Origin: Entomortierella parvispora E1425
Taxonomy: Eukaryota; Fungi; Mortierellomycota
NCBI GenBank assembly: GCA_020891255.1
Contig: BQFW01000006.1
Coordinates: 186,001 to 250,000, forward strand
Direction: 5' to 3'
Length of the DNA: 64,000 bases
A program made the translations under genes and the position numbers. A model generated the notes under the pieces. That model searched no databases. It saw only the letters and a list, made by a program, of their open reading frames with translations, and was not told the DNA's origin. Within the stretch, counting starts at the first letter, position 1, and each line of letters opens with the position of its first letter. This document shows positions 48,038 to 61,488 of this stretch, one piece after another.

Positions 48038-48909
48038 CTAGAGAAGTGGATGTGAAGAGAGGAAAGGAGGGGTGCCAAGAGTGCGTGAGTAAGAGAGAAG
48101 AAAGAAAGAGAGAGAGAGGGAGAGAGAGAGAGAGAGATGAATACAAAAGGGAGAAGAAGGGTGGGGATGACGAGGGGTGGGGTGGGGGGGTTTGGACCGG
48201 TTCCTTTTATAGTGGAAGATTGAGTAAAGAAAAAGGTGTCGTCTGGCCAGGGGCTCAGAAAGAAAGGGGGTGGGGTGCAGTGCTGGACCGTTGGATAGAC
48301 ACACCGCCCGAGACGACAGGATGCGCCTAGACAGACAGACAGACGCACGGATGGACGGACAGACAGACAGACAGACAGATAGATCGAAGGTGTGGAAACA
48401 CAGCCGACCCACCCCCATCGCTAGCATCCATCATCACTGCCATTGCCATTGCGGTGTGGAGAAGAGGAAGGGAAAAGAGCCAGATAGGGGAGGGGGGCGG
48501 TGGAGGAAGGAGGATGAAATGGGCCCTGTCCACAGAACGATGGTTGCAATCCACACCCGACGGCTCTTTCATTTCACTGCTGGCACAGGCACAGAGAGAG
48601 GACAGACCCATGGGCCAGGAACAACAACGTGCGTTGAGTGGATGACACGACAACCGTGCGAGGGCGGTGTGTGTGTGATCAGAGTAAACTCCCGAAAATA
48701 AATAAAGAGGACAAAAAAAGATGGCCGTGCATTGTGATGTGATTTGATACTGATGTGCGTCTGCGTGCGTCTGTGTGCATCTGTGTGCGTCTGCTTGGTG
48801 GTGTGCGCATGTGCAGGCCCAGGGGGGGAGAAGGCAACCATGAAAAAAAGGCAGCCCAGTGGATTGCATCCAAGGCAAGGGGGGCAAGGGTGGATCGATG
48901 GACAGCAAC

Positions 48910-48946
<37 letters not shown>

Positions 48947-49850
48947 CTAGCATGCCATGGCGAGGGGTGTCAGCAAAAAGAGACAACGCCAAAAATAAAG
49001 GGGGGAAAGGGACAAGGGGACAGACCGATAACCTGCTCTTTGCCCAATGTTTGAGGAGGAGGATGATGATGGTGGACTGCCTAGGGTGGGTGGTCCTTGC
49101 TGCTGCCTGTTTTTTTTTTTTTTTTTTTTTTTTTTTTGTGTTTTCTCCCTCCTCCCCCCAACGGCCGTCTATCCGTGCTACCATGGCCGCGACCCCAATG
49201 ACAGCGACCTGGGTTTCATCCAAGGCGGTGGCTCACGCTCACTCTTTCTCCTGGGCCAACACCATGTCCATCCATGCCCATCCTGCCAGCGAAAAGAGCA
49301 ATCGCACCGCCACCGCCCCTGAACGATGAACAAACTCAAAATGAGCCGTGATCAAAAGCAGTCCGAGACCATTGATGTCGACTGACCAACAAGAGAAGGT
49401 GCAAAGCGAACCAGCAGAAGGACAGAGGTAGACAATCAAGTGGGAAAGAGGCCTCCAGTGGGGCATTGAGAAGAACACCAGGGAGAGGGAACTGCAGCGC
49501 AACGTGTTGTTGCAAACAAAAAACAAAAAAACTAGCTCCTTCTTTCTCCATTCCACCCTCATTCGTTCATGAAGTCTCAACAAAAAAAAGAGAAAAGGCG
49601 CGCACTGTGGGAATAGAGTCGTCACAGAGGAAACTGAAGGCAGTAACTTCCGCAGGGGGAAGAGTGCGCTTACCCGTTCACAGGTGATGAGGTCGTCGGA
49701 GGACTGCCGACAGTGTCGGAGGATCAACATGGTTACTAGACGAGTCCAAGACGATTACTGTGTCGAAGGGAAGGAGGATGCAGGCCGTGGGGCGACTCTT
49801 TTTAAAGACGGAGGCGATCGCTGCAGAGCGTGCGTGTGTGCGTGTGTGTG

Positions 49851-49853
<3 letters not shown>

Positions 49854-49938
<85 letters not shown>
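49854..49938. repeat. (GA)n microsatellite, about 42 units
   Basis: Direct reading. Other simple repeats nearby: (GACA)n near 48330-48380, (GCAA)n near 48910-48942, (CT)n near 50652-50690, (TCAATGG)n near 51115-51148. Confidence 0.97.
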
Positions 49939-49942
<4 letters not shown>

Positions 49943-50645
49943 AGGCGTTGACAGTGAAGTGAGGCGGACTACGCGGAGACAGGGGGGGGAAGAATGAAGA
50001 GGCAACAAAAAAAGAGAAGAGGGCGTGTTAATATATGAAGTGAAAATACAAAAGAGGTGTTGTTCGGGGGTGTCACCCCGTCCTTTGGGTCTGACCGAGC
50101 TTTTATATGAATTGGGCCCACCGCTGCAGGCAGGCAGGGCTGGCCTTGGTCGATGCCCAGTCCAACTCCCAGCGAACCCTTCAAGACAGCCAAATGTAAA
50201 CAAAAAGTCGGTGTTGTGTTTGTTGACATGCACGAGAGGGGGAGAATGAATGCTCGTCTACTGCTTCTTTGTGTTTGCAGCGTTGTTGTGGGTGGGAGAG
50301 AGACACACACCGGAAGCATGGCGGTGGTGGGTGTTGTTGTTGTTGTTGTTGATGTAGGACCATCGGTGTTTTGTGTTTGCACAAAATATGGGTCTGTGTG
50401 TCTGCAGCCTAGGGGGGGAAGGATGACCAACTCTTTCCCGTCCCGCTCGCCTAGCCTGCCCTCATCCCTCTTTCTCGGACTGCAAGGCTCTCTACTCTGT
50501 CCAGTGTCTGGCCCGTGCTGCTGCTCTCCTGTCTGGTCTGCACTGGTGGTGGATTGGAACGTCCAGAAGGATTCTGAAAGGACTGACTTCCGTCCGTAGA
50601 TTGTCTATCGAGCAGAACGCGATGGCACTGCCAATCCGACTCCAT

Positions 50646-50696
<51 letters not shown>

Positions 50697-53399
50697 CTTT
50701 TTCATTTGTGAAAGAGATGAAAAGAGATGACAAGAGATGAAGAGGGTGCCCGACTGTCTCCTTGGGTTGTGGTTTTTGGTGCTACCGGGACGAGCTTGTC
50801 TCCCATGCAACAACATGTCATCCATCCTGACCATCCTGACCCATGGTCGCACATATGTCCACAAAGACACAGCGTGTATGCAAACAAGCACTACCAGAGC
50901 CTCCGCCATCGTTCATTTCCCGTCAGGTCTTGTGGCTGCTCATGCTGTTATGCAAAAAGGCAAAGAATAATAAACTTACACAAAAAAAAAAAAAGAAACT
51001 TTCCGGTGTCGATCCTGGCAAGGTAAGAAAAAACAAAAAGGTGACAGGAGGGCGGACTGTGAAAGGTCAAAGAAGGTGTCCTGCAGGAGGTTGTAGGAGG
51101 GGGTATAATGGGTGGGTCAATGGTCAATGGTCAATGGTCAATGGTCAATGACGACGACAAACAACAAAAGGGTGTTGGTGGCAAAGAGGCAGAGAGAAAG
51201 AGAAAGAGAAAAGAGAAAAGCCCGCAGTTCAATTTTTTTTTTTTTTTTTTTTCGTTTCCTGCCAGCGAGCTGAGACATTGCCTTCCCTGCCATTGTCTCA
51301 CTCTTGAACCCTTGGCGGAGCCCGGGAAAGCAAAGGACGTGAATGACCAACGTCCTCTTGGCCACGCGCTTTTCCAGTTTCTTATTTTTTCTTCTTTTTC
51401 TTGTCCCCGACCATTCAATCTTTTGGACCCCATTCCTTCATTTTTCGTGCCTTTAAAATGCATAGAAGTAACAACAAAAAAGAGCGCGAGACCTAAGAAA
51501 ACAACGTTCCCAGTTATATTAACTGAACGAGTTGGCTTGGATAGGAATCATAAAACTCTTCGAACGTGGTTTGGTTCATTGCCCTGACCTCCGCCCTAGT
51601 CTGTCCAACTCCTCCCTCCTACACCCTCTCACACCCATTCACAATTCTGGTGTGGTCCCTTCTCCCAAAGCAAGTCTGGGCAGTTGGAGAAGTAAAAAGG
51701 GGGGAAGAACGTGTGGATCTCTCGATCTCTCTCTTCATCAAAAAAAGACGACGATGCCAGGTGGCCAAAAGGGGGGGAGGGGAAGGGAGGGGGGGCTGGG
51801 GGGAAACAATTTCAAATATGCGATTTGGGGAAGGAGAGAGAGAGAGAGAGTTAAGAGAGAGTAAGAGAGAGAGAGAGGGGGGGGAGAAGACCGAACCACA
51901 ACACATGCAAAGCACTGAATAAACAGCATGCACGGGAACAGAACGATTTGTTGATTTTTTGTCTGTCAGCCAGTGTTTGTTCAACGAAGGGGAGAGAGCA
52001 CGGGAATGAGACTTTTTCGTGCCCTAGCCCAAATGGGGATCCAAAGGGTGTCTATGCGAAAGAGAAGGATGGATGGATGACCCAAACAACACGAGTACGC
52101 AATCAAAGTACCAAAGACCAAGGCCTGGTATGCCCAACCCCCCTGTGCCACCAGCAGAGTACAAAAGAGGAGGTGTAATGGCCAGGGCAAGGAATGGAAT
52201 GCTTCAGGAGGGCTGCGATATGTTCATTGCTGGTTTTTTTTTACCTTTACAGGGTGAGAGGGACGAGAGGCTTGAAATGAAGTGAACAAAGAGACTGAAT
52301 AAAGGGAGAGAGGGACAACTACCCCGGTATTTGTACCCGTTCGGTACTTGGCTAGAAGGGGACTCTCTCTCTCTCCCTCCCTCTTTCTCTCGTCAGCAAA
52401 GTTACCGTAACTGCCAGGGCAAAGATTCATAGAACGTTCACTGAACACCCCCCCCCCCACAAGCTCTCGTCGACTAAACGGCCTAGACAATTCAAGCTCC
52501 GCGACCCGCCGAGGAGAGATTCACTTAAAAACCAAGGACCAAGGGGATAGTCTCCATCTACCCCACTCTGGCCGCTTTGAAAAAAATATATATCCAGCCG
52601 GCGTATTTTTAAAAATCTCACGAATTTCATTTTTTGAGACCATCAAGCAAACCAGGCAGCGTGCCGATCTATCCCATTCGTCTACGATTGCCTAAGTAGG
52701 AGGGGATACCGCGGAATAGGAGAGAATGAGAGGAAAAAAGACAACGTCCGTCTGACCCAACAGAGACGCTAGACCCACATTTATTAGTCTCATTTTGGGT
52801 TGGGTCAGGTCATCCGATCGTCTGTGTCTTTCTGACTCGCTTTGTCATGATCTTGTTGCTGTGCGTGTCGTGTGTGCCCTGTATACTTGGGTGCATCTAG
52901 TCCACATGTTCAGAACATCTGTCGTCACTAACCAGTGAGAGAGGAACGTGACTTTGAGGCTCTTGTGCTTCTATTTCATCTTTGCTTAAGTATCAGCACC
53001 GTAGGCACTAAGTCCCATCGTCGCCTTAGGGCCTTAGGGAATCGATAGCGTCTTCAAACCCAATAGCATTGCTTTGCTCAACCATGTTAGCCTGAGGGCA
53101 AAGATATCATCCTCTGGCACGTATCTATCCTTTGACCACAAGAAAGACTTAACTGGTTTGAAGCTGTTGGGTGGAAGAGAGGCATGGAATAACATAGAGG
53201 ATGAAGACAATGCCGCCACTCAACAGTAGCAAAATGGTGGTTAGCTTGTTCCAGATCGGGGGCCCCCTTTTATATCCATGTGAAGAAAGAAGTAATGAAC
53301 CTTGCCCCCCCCCCTCGAAATCCCCCCCCCCCCTCGAAATCCCCCCCCCCTTCGCATCATTCATTGAAGTTCATTGCCGGCAAAAATGTCGGCGTCTAT

Positions 53400-55588
53400 T
53401 TTCGTTTTCTTTAAGTCGTTTAATGTCTCTCATCTTCTTTTGCCTTTTGACTATACCTATGAGCTCAATTCGTCCTTCGTCGACTCAAATCGAATGACTA
53501 AATGCATCAACACCCCTTTCCTTTGCAGTTGTTTCTTCGGGGTTGTCCAATACCTTTTCTGAGCACGATATCCCAGTACAAACTGCTGATATGACGTTGA
53601 CCTATGACTTCATAGCCGTGTAGAGTAGAAAACCAGTTACTGAAAATTCTTGTCATCTCTGAATCATATACAGTCTCTCGAGGCACAGACTGCCTTCGGG
53701 AACCGTTTACAAGAACAGCGTATGGCGACGACTTGTACGACAACTCGTGGGCCTGATATACAAGTAGCTTGTCGACAAAATGAAGCGCGGACTTAATGAT
53801 TTCCATTACATCCAGTGACCTAATTGTGGAGTGGAGGTGAAGTATTGGGGGCGTTGCGGTACACAGACGGAATCACGGATTGCAGAACGAAAGAGTCCAT
53901 AAGAGGCGATGCAACTTTGAATCCGTCCCCCGTCCCGTCTTCTTCTTCTGCAATCAACAAACCAAGGGCCACTAAGTATCTTGCGAGCTCGCGGTTGGGA
54001 TACGCAGACACATGCACCGTCATATCGCTCGTATTTCCAAGGAAGCGAGATCGATAGAAAGCCAGTGCCGACTTTTGGTGTTCTGAGTCTCCATGGAGAT
54101 CACGGATTAATCTCTGGAATGTTCCGTACGATTCCATAGCAACGATAACTTTGTTGACGATGGATTCCCAGTGAGCCACGGTGATTCGTAGGGGGAGACG
54201 CATCATGGAAAGGCTCTTTTCCAATGCAACGCCACATATATTGACCAGTCCCGAATGCCTACAATAGAACTATCATGATCAGTATCGGGGTCATGCACAA
54301 ATTTTTTTGTCACCACTTACCCATTACACATTGAAAAGATACGTTCAATAACATCGTTGTCTATGATCATGTGGCGATCCGCTGCAAACTCTTGATAGAG
54401 TTCACGTACTTGGTCCATTGAAAGACTTCTGTTTTGAAAGTTGCCACAGGGGTTGAAGGGCGAGAGCATAGACTCTGTTTGGTTTAACTGGAGAATAGCA
54501 TACGTCCCAATCGAAACGATCGAGCGGATGACGTGTGATGGTCTGTCTGATCCTCTAGAGGGGTCGTTCCTGATACTACGAAGTTTGCCTAACATTGAAG
54601 AGCAAATCTCGACGGCATAAGGGTCATGAATCCTGTCGAACTCGTCAAAGAAAATAACCACCGGTCGAGTCCATCTCTTGTGTTCCGTATTGAAGGCATT
54701 GCGAAATCCGTATGCGCTGTTGAACGCAAGCGGAGTGCCGCCTAGTTTCAGTAAAGTGCAAAGAGACGACCAGAACGCTTCTTCGCTGGAGAGAACCAAA
54801 TTCGTGAAATCAACACTATTTCAGAGGTAGTTAGTTTGAGCGGGTTGCTTGATACACATAGGAGCCGAATAAACACGATGGTCTACTTACTAAAGGCACT
54901 CGTAGACGTCTTTCAGTGCTTCCATGGCGTCGACGATACGGGAAGATTTCCCGGAGGCCCTGGCTCCAAACACTCGAATAAATTCACCATTATGAATTCT
55001 TTGGACAAGAGGTTTGTTGTTGTCTGTTTGATCAGCGTAGTAGACAAAAGAACGCATTTCCATGTACACTGTGCTGTTGGGCCTGAATCGTTTGAGGAAT
55101 GGCTGAACGAGATTGTCTCCAGTGCGAACTCTTTTCACTCCTATGAAGATGACCATCGTGGGAAGTACATTAGTCGCCACATGATGACCACAGCGCGAGC
55201 AACTATGGGAGAAAGGCAAAGCTGCACTATTGAGTGTCAACAATAATTACCTTCTGGTGGTTGTTGAACGATCATACAAAGGTAGGGGCGTTGTGAATAA
55301 AAGGTAGTAAAATGATGGCATTGAGATGTAATCATCAGACACAGGGCTCTACGTGGGATGCTACGTGATTGACATACCTATGTAGGACATGGTGAAAAGG
55401 CAAGGTTAGAACAATAATGCTCACAAGGAAACAGCTGAAATGACAAACAATCGCCACTAATGACCACAGCAAGGCAAAGCTGCATTACCTGGTGGGTCAT
55501 CAATGTCGGGATGAGGTTCGGGAGGAATGGCCGAGAAGGATTCATCAATGGCTCTTCCATCGTCGATGCACCAGTATTTTCGTTCCAT
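53400..55588 (-). pseudogene. Crinkler-type effector pseudogene: CRN header, AAA/STAND-like NTPase and degenerate nuclease domain
   Basis: ATG 55588 MERKYWCIDDGRAIDESFS...; Walker A GARASGKS; Walker B VIFFDEFD; NG|HSGLVNMCG; PRETVYDSEM...WDIV. Frameshift near 53825 and stops downstream of about 53510. Confidence 0.78.
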
Positions 55589-55754
55589 CGTAGCGAGAAG
55601 AGATGAAGGTGGAAAGTGGTGAAGAGTGCTTTTGCTGCTGGCCAGAAGAGCGCGTGCTTGGCCAGCATGGTCAGTGCGATGTACGCAGCTCATGCGACTC
55701 TCGTCGCTGCTTCGCGCTCCCATGTCTCTTTTCACATCCATCTGCTGCGCCTCA

Positions 55755-55850
55755 CACCACCACACAATCTTCACCACACAACCTTCACCACACAACCTTC
55801 ACCACACAACCTTCACCACACAACCTTCACCACACAACCTTCACCACACA
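55755..55850. repeat. 14-bp minisatellite (CACCACACAACCTT), about 6 units
   Basis: Direct reading. Confidence 0.92.
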
Positions 55851-55940
55851 CAATCAATCATCACCACACACATCAGTCATAGCCTCCTCCAGTAAGTGGG
55901 CACTTCGAAATGTTTGCTTTTTTTGTTCATTTTCTAACAG

Positions 55941-56245
55941 CCACCCTGGACCAGACCATGCGTTGGTAACGCTACCATTGACATTGGAATCCAGGTGTTG
56001 GTGCATGAGCTCCAGGAGAGCGCTTGGCTTTTTTTGTTATTTACAAGATAAGAGCTGGCGCTCGACCTGGAAGTGCAGTTAGTCAATGTTCTCTGATTGT
56101 TGGCCACCCTGGACCAGACCATGCGTTGGTAACCGTCGTTACCATTGACATTGGAATCCAGGTGTTGGTGCATGAGCTCCAGGAGAATGCTTGGTTTGTT
56201 TTGTTATTTACAAGATAAGAGCTGGCGCTCGACCTGGAAGTGCTT
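55941..56245. repeat. Tandem duplication, two copies with 163-bp spacing
   Basis: ccaccctggaccagaccatgcgttggtaac ... gctcgacctggaagtgc starts at 55941 and again at 56104. Confidence 0.92.
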
Positions 56246-56374
56246 ACAATTAGGCTTGCATACTCCACCAACATCAAGAACTCTGTTTTTTTTCGTTACT
56301 GACCATTTCTTTATTAATTCTTCCAAATTCCGTCGTGGTGGCGTTGGTTTCCTAAATTTCAGCCACTCACAGAA

Positions 56375-57580
56375 ATGTTTCATGGCAAATTCAAAGAATA
56401 CTACAACAGTCTTACAGAACCCTCAGTCGCCTCTCACTTCGACTTCTTCGAAAGCGTGCCTGGCTTAACAGAAGCAGTCGCTACCGCCATTTGGCTGAGA
56501 GGCTTGCAAGTTTTAGAAAAAAATTCAGATCCGGTCTTTTAGTGTCTGAAAAAGAGATATGTCACAGACAAGAACAACGGGAAACTGAAGCAGTACTGGA
56601 ACGATCGGAAACTGGTGCAAGAAGAAGAGAAGACAAATAAGGCCGCCGCTATCCAGACTTCTATCTCGATCAATCGTGCAACAACAAGGGTTTTACAGTC
56701 TGCAGATAAGCAAGTCGAGAACCGCCTTAACAAAGCCGACGAGCGCAACCTACCAGGTAATTAACTGCTTTGATTGAAGAGTCGTGATGACCTTGAGATC
56801 AATGTTGACTCACTCCAGTTGCATCCGTCAACGTAGGATTGCCAGTGTCTACAACAATAACCACGTCATATTCAACCAAGCCCGCAATGAAGTCCTCCCA
56901 GGCGTCCTGTAACGACGATGGTGAGTGTGAATATTTTCATAGGGCCATGCTTGTGGGACTGTAATATAGTGTGACTCCGATGTTGAGGCTAGTGTTCACA
57001 ACCGCATGGTCTAGATGCGAGCACAATTTCATTATGGCGAGGCACTAGACCATTGGCCCAGGAGGCTGTGTTGGCTGATCCTATTTTTATTATTATTTTT
57101 GGAATAGCTCTATCCCCCGCCGTTGTTGAAGTAGATGAGGCCGATGATGAGGATGAGGATGAGGCCAGCATCTCCAAACAAGTTCCAACAAATGTACGTC
57201 TCCATTCCTGACCACCTGATTTGTGTATCTTTGCCAGTACTTACTGAATGATCATTATTTTATTAGGGCGAGCTTACAGAAACCGCTATCCCACCCATCG
57301 CCCCGAACCAGTCATTGGCATCATCAACAAGTACCACACCACTGAATGCAAGCAAGATCCCACAGCCGACGGGAATGCCACTCAATAACAAACGAAAATA
57401 TCCAAGTGCAAATACCATCGACCAACCATGGCGCTCGTTGCTGGAATTGATGCTACAGAAGGTTAGTCTTTTATTGTTTGCGCTGGATTGTATACTAGAG
57501 CGATGGCTACTCTGTTAGCCTATTCTACGATGACGACGAAGATTCTGATGTGGATATGGACGTGGAGGATGAAGAAAACT
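56375..57580 (+). pseudogene. 5' part of another header-nuclease family gene, related to genes A and B, with a premature stop and truncated
   Basis: MFHGKFKEYY...FFE...W...L...F*CLKKRY...LKQYWNDRK (TAG 56540-56542). KRK...IDQPWRSLLELM parallels KKR...RDPWHDLAEIA in gene B. Confidence 0.6.
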
Positions 57581-58051
57581 CTTGTCCTGACTCAACTCCT
57601 CAGCACCAGGCCGCTCGGGATGACGAAGATATGCCCTTTTCGAGCTGGTAGTATTCTTGTTTGAAGGCCACTGGGTCGTAAGTGGAGGAACCGAGTGTAA
57701 CTTGCATTTTGGCGAGCTACACTGCCTGGATTTCAGAATTCGGCCGGATCGTAACAAGACCCAAGGACTTTTCTTTCAGCAAAAGGCCTGCGTCGGATTT
57801 TCGATACGGTATGATGTCCAGGACGTAGCAAAGGCAATAGGCGGCGCGCTGATCTTGCCAACTGCCTCAAGACCAGCTACGAACGGCGCGAAACTTTCAG
57901 CACATGGTGCTGTTATAAAATCCATGAGTTGCCAGTTCGAAGGGTGGGTTTCCTTAAAGTGGTCATCGATGTTAAGCCCCCCCTGAACACTGGGACCGAG
58001 GCTACCGCAAAATGTTGACTCCTCCCGTTCCGACATTGTTGAAGTGCACAT
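57580..58051 (-). pseudogene. Truncated duplicate of exon 1 of gene C
   Basis: LNIDDHFKETHPSNWQLMDFITAPCAESFAPFVAGLEAVGKI aligns with LDIDDYFKKTHPSNWHPMDYITARCAESLAPFMAGLEEIGKL. Frameshifted, ends near 57580. Confidence 0.8.
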
Positions 58052-58099
58052 GATTAGTATATTCGATGAATACTTTCATACTGACCATCTAATAGGAGG

Positions 58100-58760
58100 A
58101 GTAGGGGAGGGATGCATTGTACAAGGATATCCCGCTAGACACCAAACTGGATGCCCGCATAGGCTACACTACCTTGGGCTGCCAGCACCGTTGCAACGAC
58201 AACCCTATGATTGAACTGCTACACAATCACAATTGAGAGTGCACGAAGGTGCAAGACCTTTCTCCAATCATAGTTTCATAATTAACATAACATAAAGAAT
58301 CAAGAAAAGTGCCATGGTGCATGCTGAGTACGGAAAGATTGAGTAGGAGAGGAGGGATGCATTGTAAAAGGATATCCCGCTAGGCACCAAACTGGATGCC
58401 CGCATAGGCTACTCTACCTTGGGCTGCCAGCACAATTGCAACGACAACCCTATGATTGAACTGCTACACGATCACAATTGAGAGTGTACGAAGGTGCAGG
58501 ACCTTTCTCCAACCATAATTTACAAGAATCAAAGAACGGTGCATGCTGAGTGCGGACAGAATAAGTAGGGGAGGGATGCATTGTAAAAGGATATCCCGCT
58601 AGGCACCAAACTGGATGCCCGCATAGGCTACTCTACCTTGGGCTGCCAGCACAATTGCAACGACAACCCTATGATTGAACTGCTACACAATCACAATATT
58701 GAGAGTGTACGAAGGTGCAGGACCTTTCTCCAATCATAATTTACGAAGATTCAAGAACGG
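58100..58760. repeat. Tandem array 1: three units of 219-245 bp
   Basis: The anchor GGGATGCATTGT starts at 58109, 58354 and 58573. Confidence 0.93.
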
Positions 58761-59302
58761 TGGATGTGGAGACATAGAAGGGGAGGAAACGAAATCAAAA
58801 GTTGACGATGGATGTGATTACCTTGAACGTGAAGAATAGAGATGCGATTCAGTCTGGATGCGTGGTGATGACGGATGAGGATGGAGGTGACATTAGATTC
58901 CAATGGCTGTGGGAAGTCGTTTTCGTGTTTCCCGCCACGTGACTCACGTGATGGAAACGAAGGCGCGATTTGATTGATTCATCGCGAGGGCAGAGGACAA
59001 AACTTCTGTTGTCGCCACTTATTCGCACTTTTAGAATCATGCTGCCTGCTGAGAAGTTCCGGAATAGGGAGGGTGGAGGTCACTCTGCGTTATGGCGTTC
59101 TCGGTACGAGCAAAGGCAGGGAATAAATAATCGACCTAAAAATACAACTTTCTGTAAGACACACCGCGTTGCTAAGCGCCAGGATTGATGGCAAGCGTCT
59201 TCTGCATATCGACGGTCGTATTTAATTCTCAAACTAATAGTACTAGTCGAGGTAAGGCGGGCCTGTGTTGCTATGATACAGTTGTCGCGTGTGCGTCTGG
59301 TA

Positions 59303-61393
59303 TTATCTCCGCGGATGTGCCCGCTGCTTGGAGGGGCTGTGAGGTGCCTGGCCAGATGCCTTTGGAGGGGTAAAGGACGTGTGGGTAAGCAACTTTCGTG
59401 CTGCCTTGGTCAATTTAATGACTTCCTTGTCTGCCAGAGCTCCCATTTCCGAACGCTCAGTGACTTGAGCTTTCACATCCAATGAAAACCTGAGGCACAT
59501 TTCCCAGCATTCCTTCAAATTACGAACATTATTTGAAGATGACACGACCTTGAACGATCCCAGACAGTAGGTTCGGTACATTCCATGATAGTCCATAGCA
59601 ATCAATTCAGTCGTGTCCTTGAATGTCCTTGTTCCAAAGACTTTCAAGCTAGGCTTGACTTGCTCCTTGTTTTTGATCATCTCCAGAATGGTGTAGTTCA
59701 AAAGATCACGGAGCATCCTTTTCAATTTCATCTTATCGTCTTGATCCTTAGATGCCTGCACGCGGTGTAATTTGCTGCTTTCAGACAACAAAATTTGATG
59801 CCCTCCCGTCTCGGTAACTCCGTCAGCAAACTTTCCTCGTCCTGAGGCATCAGCGTCATTGGTTTTGCGGTAGGATACAGCAGGGACATATATCTCACCC
59901 CATATATAAGGAAGGCCATGAACGAATAGTGCACCACGAAGCAACTCGACGACATAGTCTCGAAAGTATTGACGCTCGTTCATGTCCGGGTCAATGGTTT
60001 TTGTGTTCATGAAGGCAGTACGTCTAAATAGCATATGGAGCAGAACTAATTAATACCATATTTACGAAAAGAATGACATTCAAGGTAACAGGGACACGTA
60101 CAGTGGTTGGAATGACGTGAATAAGTAACGGTTCAGAGCTGGCACAGGGTTGGGAACCTTCATGAGATCATCTATCCTCTCCGAGAGCTTCTCCAGACTG
60201 ATCTCGCCTTGGAACAGATTGTCCAGCATGTCCTGATAATCTTGAGGCATGTCAGGCAAAGCCGGTAATGCATCCAGGGCCGCGAAGAATCCGCTGTCAT
60301 CCATGAAGTCTTGAAGTTCGCCATTATGGCAAAAATCAGCAATGTTATCTTTGCAAAGATTCATCACAGGACACGCCTTTAGAATGGAGGACTTTGATCG
60401 GTCGAAGCTGGATGATATGTTTACATCTCCTATTCGCCAAGTAGATGACATGCCGATCATGTCCCAAAACATAGAACCTAAAATGAACCATTGTCAGCTG
60501 GTGTAAAACAAGAATATCTCATGTGTGTGTAAATTAGCTCACTGTACCTTCAAGAACAATGCCACTACCGAGCTCTGGCATAGTGGGTGGTGGAGTACTG
60601 CAGCGGTACACGGTAGAATCGACAGCTGGAGAAGAATGTCTGATGGCTAAAAACAGCGTAAAAGAAATGTCAAGGTTCGAGGAATCCAAAACTATGTGAT
60701 ACTGGTGTCGGCGATGATAGAAGCATACCTGTAGTCTCAGGGATTATTGTGTCATAATCCATGGGGTCTGCGTCCTCCGCTGATGTCACAGTAGCCTCTC
60801 TCATATCGCCCTGATCAGCACGCTGGCGCTTGGCTATTAAAGGACATAGTGGAGCGATAAGGAGTCACATCAACTTCAAAGAAAGATAGGTCCAGCAGCT
60901 ATCACGCCCACTTACATACACCCTTCCCTTTGATATCTTTACTCTTGTCCTGGCTCAACTCCTCTGCACCAGGCCGCTTTGGATGACGAAGATATATCCT
61001 TCTGAAAGATGGCAGTATTCCTGTTTTGAGAGTCGTTGGATCAAACGTGGAAGATGCGAATCCGACTTGCATTTTAGTGAGCTGTACTGTCTGAAGTTCA
61101 GTATTCCGCCGAATTGCAACAAGACCCAAGGACTTTTCTTCAAGCAAACGGCCTGCTTCAGACTTCATAAATGAAGTCCAGCGTCTGGCAAAGGCACTGG
61201 GCGGAGGGCGGAGTTTGCCGATTTCCTCCAAACCAGCCATGAATGGTGCCAAGCTTTCGGCACATCGAGCTGTGATATAATCCATAGGGTGCCAATTGGA
61301 CGGATGTGTTTTCTTGAAATAGTCGTCTATGTCGAGTTCATTGAGGAAGCTGAGATCGATGCTGCCTTGAAAAGTTGGCTCCTCCATTGACAT
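59303..61393 (-). CDS. CR-effector-like protein with a helical header and a C-terminal restriction-endonuclease-fold domain of a different subtype (gene C, about 592 aa)
   Basis: 5-exon phase-consistent model: 61393-60916, 60833-60729, 60646-60548, 60477-60102, 60023-59303. GEIYVPA...RGKFADG-x-ILLSESSK...KDQDDKMKL motif. Confidence 0.75.
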
Positions 61394-61488
61394 AGTTGAA
61401 ACAAACTGAAGAATTCTAGGCAAGCAGTAACCAACTCAAAGACATGCTGTCAGTATAATGCGAGATTATTTAACTGGGTAGGGACACA

